A model generated the notes under the pieces. It worked only from the letters and a program-made list of their open reading frames with translations. It searched no databases and had not been told where the DNA came from. 62,593 nucleotides of DNA, from NCBI GenBank assembly GCA_964543265.1, contig CAZIWN010000003.1, forward strand, positions 1 through 62,593, given 5' to 3'. This document shows, piece after piece, positions 53,655 through 62,593 of the stretch (within the stretch, counting starts at the first letter, position 1; each line of letters begins with the position of its first letter). This DNA is from an uncultured Candidatus Saccharibacteria bacterium. Lineage in GTDB: Bacteria; Patescibacteriota; Minisyncoccia; UBA6257; 1-14-0-10-40-38. Made by a program: the position numbers and the translations under genes.

Positions 53655-53917
53655 TTTAAGAATTAGAAAAATATTGAAATGAAAATATTTGAAATGTAAA
53701 TTGTTTATAAGATGTTTAAAGTTTGTTAAGTTCTTAAGTATAAAATGTTTATTATTTAGAAATTTATAAAACTATAAACAAGTTACTAGAAAAATATTAA
53801 GAGAAGTTAACATGGGTTGTTAGTGAAAGTATGTTTTATAAATAAAGATAATTCCGAGTTTTACATAGAGTTATTAGTCCCCTATTACTACTACAAGTTA
53901 ATTATATATATATATAA
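53655..53917. other. Candidate oriC (dnaA-dnaN spacer)
   Basis: Several TGTTTATAA / TTATAAACA-like 9-mers (53702-10, 53746-54, 53772-80) differ from the TGTGGATAA consensus only at the central GG. (TA)n AT-rich tract at 53895-53915. Confidence 0.4.
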
Positions 53918-55033
53918 ATGAAATTAATAGTATTAAGAGAAAATTTAAAAGATGGTTTGGATTCTATATCTAGAGCAATATCAGAATCTGGTAATTTACC
54001 TATATTAAAAAATTTTTTAATAGAGACATTACCTAATAATAAAATTAAATTTTCATCAACTAATCTTGAATTAGGAATTAATAAAATATTCGGAGCAAAA
54101 ATAATCGAAGATGGTAAATTAACGATTCCATTTTCAGCCTTTAATAGTATTATTTCAAATCTTGATTCGGAAAGGGTTAATTTAGAAACAGAATCTAATA
54201 ATTTAATAATTAAAACAGATAACTATCACGCGAAAATACAAACAATATCTTTTGATGATTATCCTATAATTCCAAAAATAGAGAATTTTGATAAATTTAT
54301 AGAAATAAATTCAAGCGAATTAATAAATTCTTTAATTAAAGTCTCTCAAGCAGCTCAATTTTCAGAAATAAGACCTGAATTATCAGGTGTTTTATTTGAT
54401 TTTCAAATAAATACTTTTAAAATGGCTGCAACTGATAGTTTTAGATTAGCCGAAAAAATATTATTCAATAAATCGTTTAAGACGAATATGGATAGTGGCT
54501 TCCGACACATTATACCTCTTAAGACTATAAACGAAGTTATAAGAGCGTTTGGAGGTGATAGCGCTATAAGTATCTTTATAGATCAATCACAAATATTATT
54601 TAAAACTCAAGATTGCGAAATAATTTCGAGATTAATAGATGGAGAGTATCCAGACTATAATCAGATAATCCCTAAAAACTTTAGTTCAGAGATAATCTTA
54701 GAAAAAGATAAATTATTAAATTCTATAAAATTAGTTTCTAGTTTTTCTGGAAAGGCTGGAGAGATTAAATTTAAAATAAAAGAAGGAAGATTACTTGAAA
54801 TATATTCATCTAATCAGTACGTTGGAGAAAACAACTATTTAATACCAATAACCCTGAAAGGAGATGAATTTAAAGAAATAAATTTTAACTCTAGGTATGT
54901 TTTAGATGGTTTAAGATCTATTTCCTCTAAAGATATATTCTTTGGATTTAATGGTGATAATAAACCTGCGCTAGTTAAAAATACTCAAAATGACGATTTT
55001 CTTTATATATTAATGCCAGTTAAACCTATTTAA
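53918..55033 (+). CDS. dnaN: DNA polymerase III beta subunit (sliding clamp)
   Basis: 371 aa immediately after dnaA, with three-domain clamp-like repeats and a PALV...MPV C-terminus. Confidence 0.85.
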   Translation: MKLIVLRENLKDGLDSISRAISESGNLPILKNFLIETLPNNKIKFSSTNLELGINKIFGAKIIEDGKLTIPFSAFNSIISNLDSERVNLETESNNLIIKTDNYHAKIQTISFDDYPIIPKIENFDKFIEINSSELINSLIKVSQAAQFSEIRPELSGVLFDFQINTFKMAATDSFRLAEKILFNKSFKTNMDSGFRHIIPLKTINEVIRAFGGDSAISIFIDQSQILFKTQDCEIISRLIDGEYPDYNQIIPKNFSSEIILEKDKLLNSIKLVSSFSGKAGEIKFKIKEGRLLEIYSSNQYVGENNYLIPITLKGDEFKEINFNSRYVLDGLRSISSKDIFFGFNGDNKPALVKNTQNDDFLYILMPVKPI

Positions 55034-57461
55034 AAATAATTACACTAGATTCTTTTTTAAAGTTATTTATATCGGTAATAGTTATTTTTAATAAGTTTTG
55101 ATTCTTAGGGTTAGAAACATTAATAGATCTTTGATATTTATAATTATTGCCTAGGTTTATAAAATTATTTTTTTCTATTTTATCTATTAAAAAGTCGTTA
55201 AAAAATAATTCAATACTTTTTATTTCATTTTTACTTTCAATATCTGTATTTATATTAAATATATTATTCGAATTTATAAATTCACCATTAAATGGGCTTA
55301 ATATTTTTATTTTAATTTGATCAATATTACTTGAGTTAGTTTGAGAAATTACGGCATCTAACGGAATAGGTTTATTAAAATCACTCCAATTTTGTATATT
55401 TTTTGAAGCCCACAATATCACGCTATCTTCCCAGTTTTTAAATTGAGGATCTTTTTCTGGGTTGTCTGGAATATTTCCAAGAGGATCGTTTTTATCTACA
55501 TAAAAAAGTGTGTCGTGAATTTGCGGGTAATTTATTCCATTAGATTCAAAATTTGTGATATATTCACCTTTTAATATTGGTTTTTCTGGTAATTCATAAA
55601 TTGGTTTATTAAATAATTCTGGAGTAAATTTTGGAAGAATTGCCGACATTAAATCTTTCCAAATAGGAACAGCTGCATAAATACTGGCACCTTCTTTAGT
55701 CATCGGAGAATTGTCGTTATTACCAGCCCAAAGACCAATAACAAGATTTGGTGTGTATCCAACAGTCCAAGCATCTTTATAGTCGTTAGAAGTTCCTGTT
55801 TTAACAGCTATTTGATAATCAGATAGCTGTGGTATATCTAAACTTCCTCCAAAAACCTGTCTTCTAGCTTCTGAGTCTGAAAGAATATCGGTAATCATAT
55901 TAGAATAAAGTGGATCGATGACTGATTTTCCTGGATTTTCCTGATATTTTTCTAGAACTCTTTTTTTATCAGATATTTCTAAGATTATTTTTTGATCTTT
56001 TTTTACTCCCTCTTGTGAAAAGACGCTATAGGCACCAACTAAGTCGTAAAGAGTTACTTCCCCACCTCCTAAAACGAGAGATAAGCCATATCTCCCTTTT
56101 TCTGTTAATGTTTTTAATCCAAAATCACTAGCTGTTTTTAAGGCATTATCTAATCCTGAAAGATATAGAGCTTTAACAGCTGGAACGTTGATTGATTGGG
56201 CTAGCGCGTGACGAACATCCATCGGTCCTCTAAATGTTCCCGTGTAGTTTTGTGGTTTATAGCTGTTTTCTGGAATTTCTGTTGTATCAAATTCTGTTTC
56301 TGTGTCGAAAATAATACTTTCTGGAATAAATCCTTTTTTAAACAAAGAAGCATATATAATTGGTTTTAGTGATGATCCAGGTTGTCTTAATCCTTGATAA
56401 GCAACGTTAAAATTTCCATCATTTTCTATATCAAAGTAATCCTTAGATCCAACAAGGGCCAATATTTGACCTGTTTTTGGATCTTCTACTACTAAAGAAG
56501 CATTGGTTCCTTTGTAATTTTGTGCGTTTCTTTCTACTCCAGCAGTTAATATTTTTTCTGCCGCTTGCTGAATTTCCCAATTAAGCGTTGTTATAACTTT
56601 TAATCCACCAGTTCTAACTGCTTCTTCGCCATATTCTTTATCTAAATAATCCTTAACCATCATGACGAAGTGTGGAGCTTTTATGTTTTGAGACGGGCTT
56701 TCAAATTTTATCTCTTCTTTCTGAGCATTATTTTTTTCTTCTTCGGAAATATAATGTTCTTGAAACATTCTTTCTAAAACATAATCCTTTCTAAACATTA
56801 AAGCCTTTACGTTTTTGCCCCATGGAGAATAAAAGCTTGGTGCTTGTGGTAGGGCCGCGAGTAAAGCTGATTGGGCGAGATCAAGATCTTTAGCTGATTT
56901 TCCAAAAAATGCTAAACTTGCAGACTCGATTCCGTAAGAGTTGTTTCCATAAGGAATTTGATTTAAATAAAGTTCTAATATTTGATCTTTTGAGTATTTT
57001 TTTTCTAATCTATAAGCTAAGATTAATTCTTTTATTTTCCTACTAATTTTTTTCTCGTCACTTAAAAAGGCTTTTTTTGCTAATTGCTGGGTTATAGTTG
57101 ATCCTCCTTGGGAATATTCGCGATTTAAAATATTAGCTATCACTGCTCTTATGGTAGATTTTAATTCCAAAGCAGAATGATTATAAAAACTTGCATCTTC
57201 AACTGCGAGAGTGGCGTTTTTTATATTTTCAGATATTTCTTCCAGTGGAATAATGGTTCTTTTTTCTTCTCCATATATCTCAAAGAGTAAAACTTTACCA
57301 GTGGAGTCGTATATTTTAGTTGATTCGTTAACTTTCCTAGACTCAAAGACATCCGAGGATGGCAAGTCTTTAATTAATAAATATATCCAAACAAAACTTA
57401 TTATAAGTATTAAAAAAAAAGATGCGACGATAAGGGCTGTTATTTTTTTTAAACTAATCAT
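55026..57461 (-). CDS. Class A penicillin-binding protein (glycosyltransferase plus transpeptidase) with an extra C-terminal domain
   Basis: GT51 motifs EDASFYNH and GGSTITQQ. TP motifs SSLKP (SxxK) and KTGTS. Confidence 0.85.
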   Translation of the reverse strand: MISLKKITALIVASFFLILIISFVWIYLLIKDLPSSDVFESRKVNESTKIYDSTGKVLLFEIYGEEKRTIIPLEEISENIKNATLAVEDASFYNHSALELKSTIRAVIANILNREYSQGGSTITQQLAKKAFLSDEKKISRKIKELILAYRLEKKYSKDQILELYLNQIPYGNNSYGIESASLAFFGKSAKDLDLAQSALLAALPQAPSFYSPWGKNVKALMFRKDYVLERMFQEHYISEEEKNNAQKEEIKFESPSQNIKAPHFVMMVKDYLDKEYGEEAVRTGGLKVITTLNWEIQQAAEKILTAGVERNAQNYKGTNASLVVEDPKTGQILALVGSKDYFDIENDGNFNVAYQGLRQPGSSLKPIIYASLFKKGFIPESIIFDTETEFDTTEIPENSYKPQNYTGTFRGPMDVRHALAQSINVPAVKALYLSGLDNALKTASDFGLKTLTEKGRYGLSLVLGGGEVTLYDLVGAYSVFSQEGVKKDQKIILEISDKKRVLEKYQENPGKSVIDPLYSNMITDILSDSEARRQVFGGSLDIPQLSDYQIAVKTGTSNDYKDAWTVGYTPNLVIGLWAGNNDNSPMTKEGASIYAAVPIWKDLMSAILPKFTPELFNKPIYELPEKPILKGEYITNFESNGINYPQIHDTLFYVDKNDPLGNIPDNPEKDPQFKNWEDSVILWASKNIQNWSDFNKPIPLDAVISQTNSSNIDQIKIKILSPFNGEFINSNNIFNINTDIESKNEIKSIELFFNDFLIDKIEKNNFINLGNNYKYQRSINVSNPKNQNLLKITITDINNFKKESSVIIFK

Positions 57462-57569
57462 TTTTTAAGGGAATTATTGCGTCGTCTCTATAAAATATAA
57501 AATATTTTCTAAAAATAGCAAGGCCCGGGCAGAGCCCGAGCCTTTTAAGTTTATTAACTACGATTATTA

Positions 57570-57749
57570 TTAAAATTCCTCATCTTCATCATCCTCATCG
57601 TCTTCCTCATCTTCCATGTCTGGATCTAAATCCAAATCATCATCCTCGTCATCCATTTCTATATCGTCATCTTCTTCGCTGTATTTATCTTCTAAGTCTT
57701 CGTCGTCAGAGATTTTGCGGGTATTTTTTTTATTTAATAATTCAATCAT
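57570..57749 (-). CDS. Highly acidic 59-aa protein (below the ORF-track cut-off)
   Basis: MIELLNKKNTRKISDDEDLEDKYSEEDDDIEMDDEDDDLDLDPDMEDEEDDEDDEDEEF*. A GC-rich hairpin (57521-57548) lies downstream. Confidence 0.45.
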   Translation of the reverse strand: MIELLNKKNTRKISDDEDLEDKYSEEDDDIEMDDEDDDLDLDPDMEDEEDDEDDEDEEF

Positions 57750-57921
57750 GTTTTTATAATTGTAGTCGACAAACCGTTTTTAAATGACCTTTTTAATTCT
57801 GTATTTTTTTCAGTATGCGCTGTGACCGCAAGAAGAAAAAATCTATTTATGGGAAAGATTATAATCCCGAGATTTTTTTTGTCAATAAATATATTTATTA
57901 AGAGGAGGCTCTTTAAGGTAA

Positions 57922-58395
57922 TTAAATCAAGTCTTTATCAAAAGCCCTTGTTAAAGAAATGGCTATTGCGTCCCAGGAATCGTCGTAACCCTCTAATTTA
58001 TCCAACTTAAGTATGGTTTTAACCATTTTAGCAACCGACGTTTTATCTGCAGATCCATAGCCGGTTACGGACATTTTAATATCTTGTGGTCTATATTCTT
58101 TTGTGTTTATTCCGTTTTTTAATAAACAATGCATTATTACGCCCCTTGCTTCAGCTACAGATATTCCGGTTTTTTGATTTTTGGTGAAAAAAATTTTTTC
58201 AATTCCAGCTTTTTCAGGCTTCCATAGTTTTATTAAAGCCTCTAGAGAATTATTAATTTCTAGAAATTTGAATTTAATTTCTTTTTCTTTAGGTTCTATT
58301 GTTCCGTAATCTAATAAGCTTAATTTATTACCTTCAGATTTTATGATTCCATAGCCTATTCTAGATGTTCCAGGATCAACTCCTAAAATGATCAT
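57922..58395 (-). CDS. ruvC: Holliday junction resolvase RuvC
   Basis: MIILGVDPGTSRIGYG start, 157 aa. Confidence 0.85.
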   Translation of the reverse strand: MIILGVDPGTSRIGYGIIKSEGNKLSLLDYGTIEPKEKEIKFKFLEINNSLEALIKLWKPEKAGIEKIFFTKNQKTGISVAEARGVIMHCLLKNGINTKEYRPQDIKMSVTGYGSADKTSVAKMVKTILKLDKLEGYDDSWDAIAISLTRAFDKDLI

Positions 58396-58419
58396 AAATT
58401 AAATATCTAAAATCAAAAT

Positions 58420-58947
58420 TTAAGATTCTTTACTAGTTACTACTTCGGAAACGTCTTCTAAATTTTCTAAGTCTTCAACTATCTTATCTAGAGATTTAGC
58501 GCCTTCGTCGCTGATTTTTTGAGGATAGAGTGGTATAAATTCCCAATTTTCGTTTTTAAAGGCCCATAAAACCGATCCTTGATCTGCTAGCTTTGCGTTA
58601 TTGTTTTGTAAAACTTTTTTTAAATCAGCCAAGGTCCTGTTTTTATTATCTGTGAGTGTTTTTATGATGATGGCGACTTTTTCTGGACCATAAGCTTCAT
58701 AAATAACCTCTTCAAATACTTTACCTTCAGATGACTTATTAATTGCTCTCTCTATGTTGTCGTTAGGCACTTCAAAATCCCGAGCCTTATTAATAATTGA
58801 TCTTAGGCGAGGATTTGAATTAGGGTCTTTATTGTCTCTTGCGGCTACCGATATAGCTTTTAGGAATTTACCAAAAATTTTAGCTTTTTTCTGGTCATTT
58901 GCCCCTTTTTTATTCTTTATTTGGCTCCACTTGTTATGTCCTGACAT
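58420..58947 (-). CDS. YebC/PmpR-family protein (short)
   Basis: MSGHNKWSQIKNKKG is the canonical N-terminus. The ORF-track N-terminal extension is rejected. Confidence 0.8.
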   Translation of the reverse strand: MSGHNKWSQIKNKKGANDQKKAKIFGKFLKAISVAARDNKDPNSNPRLRSIINKARDFEVPNDNIERAINKSSEGKVFEEVIYEAYGPEKVAIIIKTLTDNKNRTLADLKKVLQNNNAKLADQGSVLWAFKNENWEFIPLYPQKISDEGAKSLDKIVEDLENLEDVSEVVTSKES

Positions 58948-59013
58948 ATGGCAATAGTGTAAAATGTAAAAAGCAAAATGTAAAATTAATGAATTTATTC
59001 TATAATAAGTGTT

Positions 59014-60738
59014 ATGGATTTTAATTCCAATCAACTTTCGGAAAAAATTCAAAAAATAAGAGAGGAGGCCGAAGAAAAGGATACAGAGAGATTGGCTATG
59101 CAAAAGGGCTTCAATTATATAAATGGGACTTCTTCTCCTGTAAAAATTGATGCCTTAAAGATGATTCCCGAAGATAAGGCCAGGAGTTTAGGTGTTGCGA
59201 TAATTGAATCTAATGGGCCCATCTTAGGAATAGCTTCTATTAATCCAGACTCTCAAGGGGTTTTGGATTTATTAAAAGAATTTAAAGATAAGGGATATAG
59301 TTTTAAAGTTTTTTTAGTTTCAAAAAGAGCATTAGAGAGAATATTTACTTTTTATAAATTCACTTCAGAAAAAAGCTCTATAACTAGTAGGGTTAATATA
59401 GAGAAGGAGAGAATAATTTTCCTAACCAAAGAACTCCAGAGCATACAAAAAACATCCAAATTCATTTTAAGTTTTGATTACGATAAATCTTCTGTGGCCG
59501 AGTTTTTGGAGATAGTTTTATCAGGCGCTTTGGCTAATAAGGCCTCGGATATCCATTTTGAACCAGAAGAGTCAGGTATTAAATTAAGATATAGAATCGA
59601 TGGAGTTCTACAGGATGTTGCAACTGAAATTTCTAGGAATTTTTACCCCTCTGTTATTTCAAGAATAAAATTGCTTTGCAATTTAAAAATTAATATATCA
59701 GATAAGGCGCAGGATGGGAGATTTACTATTGGTTTAACTGAAAAGGACATAGAACTGAGGGTTGCGATTGCGCCATCGGAGTTTGGAGAAATTATAGTTA
59801 TGAGAGTCTTGGATCCAGACTCTATTAAGATAACTTTGCCGCAGTTAGGATTTAGAAAGGATGACTTAGAAATAATAGAGGTTGAGCTTAAGAGGCCAAA
59901 TGGAATGATTTTAAATACTGGACCAACTGGTTCTGGAAAAACGACTACTCTTTATGCCTTTTTGAGACATAAAGCTAATTCGGAAATTAAAATTATAACT
60001 ATTGAAGATCCTATAGAGTATCACGTAAAAGGCATTGAGCAGACGCAGGTAAATGAAGAGTCTGGATATACCTTCGCTAATGGTCTAAGAAGTCTTATGA
60101 GGCAAGACCCAGATGTGATTTTAGTCGGAGAAGTTAGAGACAAAGAAACAGCTGAAATATCTATTGGGGCTGCATTAACTGGCCACTTAGTGTTTTCAAC
60201 TATTCACGCCAACGAGGCTTCGCTCGCCATCCCCCGCTTGGTGGACTTGGAGGTTAAGCCTCAAAGCATTGGCCCAGCCTTAAATTTAGTTATAGCTCAG
60301 AGATTATTAAGAAGATTGTGCGAGAATTGTAAGAAGATAAAAAAAATAGAAAAAGAATTAGAATCTAAAATAAGAAAATTAATAGAAAGGTTGCCTAAAA
60401 GAGTTGATAAGAGCATCTATAAAGACATAAGCATTTTTGAGGCTGGTAAGTGTGAAAAGTGCAACAACACCGGATATAAGGGCAGGGTTGGAATTTATGA
60501 ACTATTTCTAAATGATCCTGGTTACGAAAAAATAATTAATGCTGATTTGATAGAAAAATTAAAAACAAATGAAAACGTTGAAGATTTAATTAGGCGTCAG
60601 GCTGGAGGAAGAGAGATGAAAGAATACGCAATCTCTCACGGAATGGTTACTATGCAGGAGGATGGGATATTGAAGGTTATTACGGGGCAGACTGATTTTG
60701 CTGAAGTAGAAGATGTTACTGGAACCATATTGTGGTAA
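59014..60738 (+). CDS. pilB: Type IV pilus/type II secretion assembly ATPase (PilB/GspE family)
   Basis: Walker A GPTGSGKTTT, MRQDPDVILVGEVRD, tetra-Cys CENC...CEKC. Confidence 0.85.
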   Translation: MDFNSNQLSEKIQKIREEAEEKDTERLAMQKGFNYINGTSSPVKIDALKMIPEDKARSLGVAIIESNGPILGIASINPDSQGVLDLLKEFKDKGYSFKVFLVSKRALERIFTFYKFTSEKSSITSRVNIEKERIIFLTKELQSIQKTSKFILSFDYDKSSVAEFLEIVLSGALANKASDIHFEPEESGIKLRYRIDGVLQDVATEISRNFYPSVISRIKLLCNLKINISDKAQDGRFTIGLTEKDIELRVAIAPSEFGEIIVMRVLDPDSIKITLPQLGFRKDDLEIIEVELKRPNGMILNTGPTGSGKTTTLYAFLRHKANSEIKIITIEDPIEYHVKGIEQTQVNEESGYTFANGLRSLMRQDPDVILVGEVRDKETAEISIGAALTGHLVFSTIHANEASLAIPRLVDLEVKPQSIGPALNLVIAQRLLRRLCENCKKIKKIEKELESKIRKLIERLPKRVDKSIYKDISIFEAGKCEKCNNTGYKGRVGIYELFLNDPGYEKIINADLIEKLKTNENVEDLIRRQAGGREMKEYAISHGMVTMQEDGILKVITGQTDFAEVEDVTGTILW

Positions 60739-60742
60739 GTAG

Positions 60743-60838
60743 TTTAGAATTGCCAAATACTTTGTTGCTCCTCCTTGCAGTATTCGCTTCGCTTACATAC
60801 AGCTGCGTCGTAGCTCCTCGTATTTGTCTAATTCAAAA
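60743..60838 (+). repeat. Structured ~100-nt intergenic repeat, copy 5 of 5
   Basis: Closing helix TTTAGAATTGCCAAATAC / GTATTTGTCTAATTCAAAA (imperfect). Core TTGTTGCTCCTCCTTGCAGTATTCGCTTCGCTTACATACAGCTGCGTCGT. Confidence 0.6.
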
Positions 60839-60891
60839 TTATTTCAGCTCTAATCACATCTATAATACGGGATGATTCTATTGTTGATTAT

Positions 60892-60923
60892 AAAAAAATA
60901 ACCCCGAGTGCGGGGTTATTTTT
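60892..60923. terminator. Intrinsic terminator after pilB
   Basis: ATAACCCCG-AGTG-CGGGGTTAT flanked by A- and T-runs. Confidence 0.75.
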
Positions 60924-60927
60924 AATA

Positions 60928-61068
60928 AAAAGGCATTAACCTGGGGGCTTAAATTTGTTTCGTGGGGAAACAGGTTTAGAAGTATACCGAGGATGGTTCC
61001 AGCCGGAGCCAAAACGTCCTAGATTTAAGTATATTTCCCGGCCCCCAGATTAATGCCTTTTATTTTTG
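60928..61068. ncRNA. Candidate structured ncRNA of unknown class
   Basis: ~20-bp closing helix: AAAAGGCATTAA+CTGGGGGC (60928-60948) pairs with GCCCCCAG+TTAATGCCTTTT (61041-61061). Internal hairpins TGTTTC-GTGGG-GAAACA and GGTTCC-AGCC-GGAGCC. U-runs on both strands. Relatively GC-rich. Confidence 0.4.
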
Positions 61069-61199
61069 CGTTTCTAGTTGAGCTAGACCATTTTAGCATA
61101 TAATTATTAAGCTGTCAATAGTTTTAGTAAAAATGCTTAAAAACTTAATAAAAACGTGATTTACTTTGGTTTTTGGTGTATTATGGGTATAAGAAATAT

Positions 61200-62189
61200 A
61201 TGGATAAGAGCGTAAATGGAGACGGTTCTATAATAGATTCGGTATTACGTCCTGGTTCTTGGGGTGAATATGTCGGCCAGGATAAGGTTAAAAATCAATT
61301 AAAGGTTATTTTGGATGCTGCAAAAAAAAGAGGCGAGGTTTCTGACCACCTTCTTTTTTATGGACAAGCTGGGCTTGGGAAGACGACGTTGGCTCATTTA
61401 GTGGCTAAAGAAATGGGGGTGAATTTAAAAATCACAGCTGGACCAACCCTGGAAAAGGTTGGAGATTTAGCAGCTATTCTTACTAATTTAGAAAACGGAG
61501 ATGTCTTATTTATAGATGAAGCACATAGAATAAATAAGATGACCGAAGAGGTGCTCTACCCCGCCATGGAAGAGAGAAAGCTTAATTTAATGGTTGGTAA
61601 GGGCCCTTCAGCAAGAAGCTTGGCGCTCGATTTGCCGGCATTTACATTGATTGCGGCAACAACCAGAGCAAGTTTATTATCTAGTCCCCTACGATCAAGA
61701 TTCGGAGCTTCTTTTAAGCTTGATTATTATGAGAATAAAGATATTGAGGCGATTTTGAAAAGATCTGCAGTTGTTTTAGGGATGAAAATAGATGATAGTG
61801 GTTTAAATGTTCTAGCTAAAGCTTCTAGATTTACTCCTAGAACCGCTAATCGTTTATTGAAAAGAGTTAGGGATTATGCTTCCGTGGCCGGTTCAGAGGT
61901 GATCAACGAAGATGTTGTGAGAAGAACTCTGGATTTATTAGAGATAGACCATTTAGGGCTAGAACCTTATGATAGAAGATTGATTGAGACGATTATTAAA
62001 AAATTTAAGGGCGGTCCGGTTGGAGTGGCAACTTTGGCGGCTGCTTTGAATGATGACAGAGGAAATATTGAAGACGTGCATGAGCCATATTTAATGAGTA
62101 TTGGTTTAATACAGAGAACTTCTTCCGGAAGGGTGGTTACGGAGTTGGGGTATGAACATTTGGGAATAGATAGATTCTCTGTGATCTAG
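61200..62189 (+). CDS. ruvB: Holliday junction branch-migration ATPase RuvB
   Basis: GQAGLGKTT, FIDEAHR, sensor/arginine-finger region. Start placed at ATG 61200 rather than TTG 61173. Confidence 0.9.
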   Translation: MDKSVNGDGSIIDSVLRPGSWGEYVGQDKVKNQLKVILDAAKKRGEVSDHLLFYGQAGLGKTTLAHLVAKEMGVNLKITAGPTLEKVGDLAAILTNLENGDVLFIDEAHRINKMTEEVLYPAMEERKLNLMVGKGPSARSLALDLPAFTLIAATTRASLLSSPLRSRFGASFKLDYYENKDIEAILKRSAVVLGMKIDDSGLNVLAKASRFTPRTANRLLKRVRDYASVAGSEVINEDVVRRTLDLLEIDHLGLEPYDRRLIETIIKKFKGGPVGVATLAAALNDDRGNIEDVHEPYLMSIGLIQRTSSGRVVTELGYEHLGIDRFSVI

Positions 62190-62240
62190 TTTTAAAAAAT
62201 ATTTTGAAAAATCAACGTTTGGCTTTAATATGTTTTTATA

Positions 62241-62593
62241 ATGAAAAACATTATTTTAAAATCCGAAAAAGAGTTGAAATCTTTGGCGGAGAATATTTTT
62301 GAGGTTTTTAAAAATAAAAAAGACTCAAATGTCTTAGCATTATCTGGGGATTTGGGATCTGGAAAAACGACTTTTACAAAGTATTTGGCTAAGATCTTAG
62401 GGATTAAGAATAGGATTTTAAGCCCGACATTTATGATTTTTAGGGTTTATGATTTGGATTTTAAAAAAACAGGGTTTAAGAAGTTTTATCACGCCGATTT
62501 TTATAGAATGAAAAATATTGATGAGCTAAAAAGCGTAAGTTTTTTGGAGGTTTTAAAAAATCCAGAAAATTTAGTTTTAATAGAGTGGGCTGA
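62241..62593 (+). CDS. tsaE: tRNA t6A biosynthesis ATPase TsaE (3'-truncated by the window end)
   Basis: GDLGSGKTTF, SPTF, HADFYR, LIEWA. The frame is open to the window end. Confidence 0.75.
   Translation, partial: MKNIILKSEKELKSLAENIFEVFKNKKDSNVLALSGDLGSGKTTFTKYLAKILGIKNRILSPTFMIFRVYDLDFKKTGFKKFYHADFYRMKNIDELKSVSFLEVLKNPENLVLIEWA

Noticed and set aside
806-58957. About 30 short antisense or overlapping ORF-track entries inside long genes, for example 806-1072, 1983-2177, 2379-2570, 5576-5806, 7404-7697, 13313-13771, 17044-17313, 39993-40349, 46030-46419 and 58754-58957.
   Set aside because: Each lies wholly within a well-supported gene on the opposite strand or in another frame. Their low-complexity translations (F/L/S/I-rich) are typical of AT-rich shadow frames.
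58948-59103. A 52-codon N-terminal extension of the YebC-family ORF that overlaps the pilB start.
   Set aside because: The canonical family N-terminus MSGHNKWSQIK begins at ATG 58947. The extension is hydrophobic junk and would overlap the divergent pilB gene.
60928-61068. SRP (4.5S) RNA, suggested by GGGGGC...GCCCCC ends like E. coli ffs.
   Set aside because: Neither strand shows the conserved domain IV core (GGAA tetraloop flanked by AGCA/GGAAGC-type loops). It is kept only as an unclassified ncRNA candidate.
1-62593. A CRISPR array, rRNA genes, transposases or integrases, or an alternative genetic code (UGA recoding as in some CPR lineages).
   Set aside because: There are no regularly spaced direct repeats and no rRNA-like conserved blocks. 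I recognised no transposase or integrase motifs. Long housekeeping ORFs are intact under the standard code, and TGA is used as a terminal stop (for example 20455-20457 and 32555-32557).

Overview
The window is an AT-rich (about one-third GC by eye), tightly packed bacterial chromosome segment. Gene content suggests a Patescibacteria/CPR-type genome; this is inference from a minimal housekeeping set, PolX, RNase J/Y, a T4SS-pilin-type cluster and many small secreted or membrane orphans. All homology calls come from motifs I recognise in the ORF translations, with no searches run, and GC statements are by eye. It covers:
- the replication-origin neighbourhood (rpmH-rnpA-yidC-jag divergent from dnaA-dnaN);
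- translation genes (ileS, argS, infC-rpmI-rplT, smpB/ssrA, three tRNAs);
- recombination and repair genes (ruvA, ruvB, ruvC, pcrA-like, polX, MGMT-like, Nudix);
- envelope genes (murE-like, class A PBP, LysM/M23, O-antigen-ligase-like);
- a PilB-type ATPase and an ~11.6-kb type-IV-secretion-like cluster (38634-50248).

Non-routine signals:
1. Four GC-rich mini-cassettes (12436-13160, 20170-21044, 23365-23713, 32494-33033) sit between housekeeping genes. Each has its own near-consensus promoter, Shine-Dalgarno (SD) ribosome-binding site and terminator. One holds three tandem mini-proteins with an HxxxCxxC (ZAS-like, zinc-binding anti-sigma) motif next to ssrA.
2. A family of five ~100-nt structured repeats has a conserved core inside copy-specific closing stems.
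3. The IleRS carries a complete histidine-phosphatase domain inserted between its two CxxC pairs.
4. The T4SS-like cluster has a split VirB4 and a pilin-like protein with a Cys-rich C-terminal extension, and no relaxase or coupling protein in view.
5. There is a duplicated tRNA-Arg 3' end plus trailer, and a ~135-nt candidate ncRNA.

I saw no CRISPR array, rRNA, transposase or integrase.
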